64,000 nucleotides of DNA from Amoebophrya sp. A120 (Eukaryota > Protista > Dinoflagellata): NCBI GenBank assembly GCA_905178155.1, contig CAJINV010000002.1:820422-884421 (forward strand). Direction: 5' to 3'. The translations under genes were made by a program, and so were the position numbers. Shown one piece after another: positions 62,347-64,000 of this stretch (position 1 is the first letter of the stretch; every line of letters starts with the position of its first letter). The notes under the pieces were generated by a model, which worked only from the letters and a program-made list of their open reading frames with translations, was not told where the DNA came from and did not search any database.

Positions 62347-64000
62347 CTACTTCCCGCCACCACCATTCATGACACCAATCGACACCGTCCCTTCTCCATT
62401 TACATTTTCCGCTTTCGGCACGGCGTATTTTTCCGAGAAATACCGACAAAATTCCTTCGCCAGCTCGTCCCGGCAGAACTTTATGTCGCTGTAAATCACC
62501 TCGAGGATGTCCTGCTCGGATATGGCCTGCTCAAACGTGGTTACAATCTTAAGCGTTACAATAGAATCTGGAATTTGTATTACATGAAGAGCATGATGAA
62601 CGCAGAGAGAATTGAGCTTTTCGCAATACAAATTTTGCCGGATTTCAGGTGGGTTTGGGACTCCGAAACTCGTCATGCACAGTCCTATGATAGTAGGCTA
62701 CCTAGATCATGCAGCTCTTGCATCACAGATTTCCAGATTCTATTGTAACAGTTGAGATTGTAACGTCTGAGCGGGTCATATCGGAGATTTTAACTTTCGC
62801 AGCTGAATTCTTCCTCTCCATGTGCTGCCTCGTCGCATTCGTCAACAACTTCATTTTCGGCAAGTAGTAACTGTAGTAGTTTTCGCTCAGCCACGAGCAA
62901 ACCTTTGCGTTCAGCGTGATTTCGTCTAATAAACCTTCCGCGGTTCTTCCGGCGGTGCCTTGCTCCAGAGAGATCGTGCTGTTTTGGAGCAAAGCCGTGT
63001 GCTTCTTCTATCCTGAGTAAAAACGTACCCACACCAGAGTCAAGATGGAAAATCTGCTAGACAAATCGGCCAACTTTGCTTGTTTCGCATGACAAATTTG
63101 GACGCGAAGTGTAGTGCTGTTTGAGCTAGTTCAGCAGCATTACAGATCTAGTCTTTCATGCTGATTGGAGCATGACAAATTTCAAAACACCCTTAGAAAA
63201 TGCTTCTCATGGGGCTCCGCATGACAAACATTTTAAGCATGCAGATTTGCATGACAACTATGGTGTGGGTACGTTTTTACTCAGGATATCTTCATGTAGT
63301 TGACGATGTAGTCCCATGCTCTGCAAAAGTATCGTACTCGTAGTCGTACTAATTGCAAATATACATGACAATCATCATCCTCATTCAAAACAGCATTACA
63401 AATTTTGTCATGCTGAGCTAATCTGTAATGCAATTTATGCTAGTACGTTACTTTTGCACAGGATAAATCCAACAATTCCTCCTGTTCATCCAGCCGCATC
63501 TGACGGAGTTTTGCTTCTTTGTCTTGCTGCTCCGCGTCCGGAACTGCATTGGATTCTTCTTCTTGCACGTTCTGCATCAACTGTGTGGAGGTGTTCTTGG
63601 AATTTTGCGTGGAGGAAGAAGCCGTCGTTGGCGGATGGGAGGAAGAAGAAGACCTGGATGATTGCAACAGAAGCAGATCACGAAGAAGCGTACCACCTGG
63701 AAGGTTGGAGGGCGGGAGGAAGACCATCATTTTTTCCTCCGACTGCTTAGTTGTCTTCGTGGCTTGCTCCTGATTCCGATCGCTCCACATGTTGTTATTT
63801 GTTTCGTCCCCGATATTAGGAGCACCAGAGCCAGACTGCCCCGTTTGCAGCTGCAGCTCGTGCCTCCCTGCTCCGGCGCGCGGCGTGGTTCTGTAATCTT
63901 CATCATACCCGAGCCCTGGCGGCGCCTCTGTAATTCTTCCCGGTACTGCAGCAGCACCAGCTGCACCATCTACTTTGCGTGCAGCATCGTCTACTTTGCG
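62347..64000 (-). CDS. Hypothetical protein (5' end probably beyond or near the window edge)
   Basis: Exons from ORFs 63440..63790, 62723..62992 and 62347..62676, separated by introners. Confidence 0.55.
62541..62763. mobile_element. Introner family H
   Basis: ~35-bp TIR TTACAATCT.AA..GTTACAATAGAATCTGGAA. Confidence 0.8.
63009..63288. mobile_element. Introner family B
   Basis: TIR, TSD TCTTC. Confidence 0.9.
63315..63465. mobile_element. Introner family C
   Basis: TIR, flanks AGTCC/AATCC. Confidence 0.85.

Noticed and set aside
1-64000. Autonomous transposase, reverse transcriptase, rRNA or tRNA genes
   Set aside because: No DDE, RT or Rep/helicase motifs and no recognisable structural RNA seen by eye; a covariance-model search was not possible.

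Overview
Eukaryotic, gene-dense protist DNA. Its organisation most resembles the syndinian parasite Amoebophrya (Alveolata), in which non-canonical 'introner' introns are known; this taxon assignment is an inference. There are about 14 protein-coding genes, all but one on the minus strand. Recognisable products are a D-2-hydroxyglutarate dehydrogenase, an NPSN-like Qb-SNARE, a PARP-domain protein, a RING-finger protein, a CS-domain protein and an acylated SnoaL/NTF2-like protein. The dominant feature is at least 44 repeated insertions of 135-310 bp in several sequence families (labels A-H are mine), all lying inside genes. Almost all have TAT...ATA terminal inverted repeats (TIRs) and 5-bp target-site duplications (TSDs). 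Where I checked, removing an element plus one TSD restores the reading frame, so these MITE-like elements appear to be spliced out as non-GT-AG introns, in either orientation. All families share a TTGT(C/A/G)ATGC motif. Other notable structures: a satellite-expanded introner spanning an assembly gap, GC-rich ~1-kb tandem units between genes, and a 5.5-kb gene-free mosaic punctuated by a ~50-bp repeat that carries an unspliced copy of part of the D2HGDH gene. No transposase is visible. Gene models were assembled by eye without transcript data.
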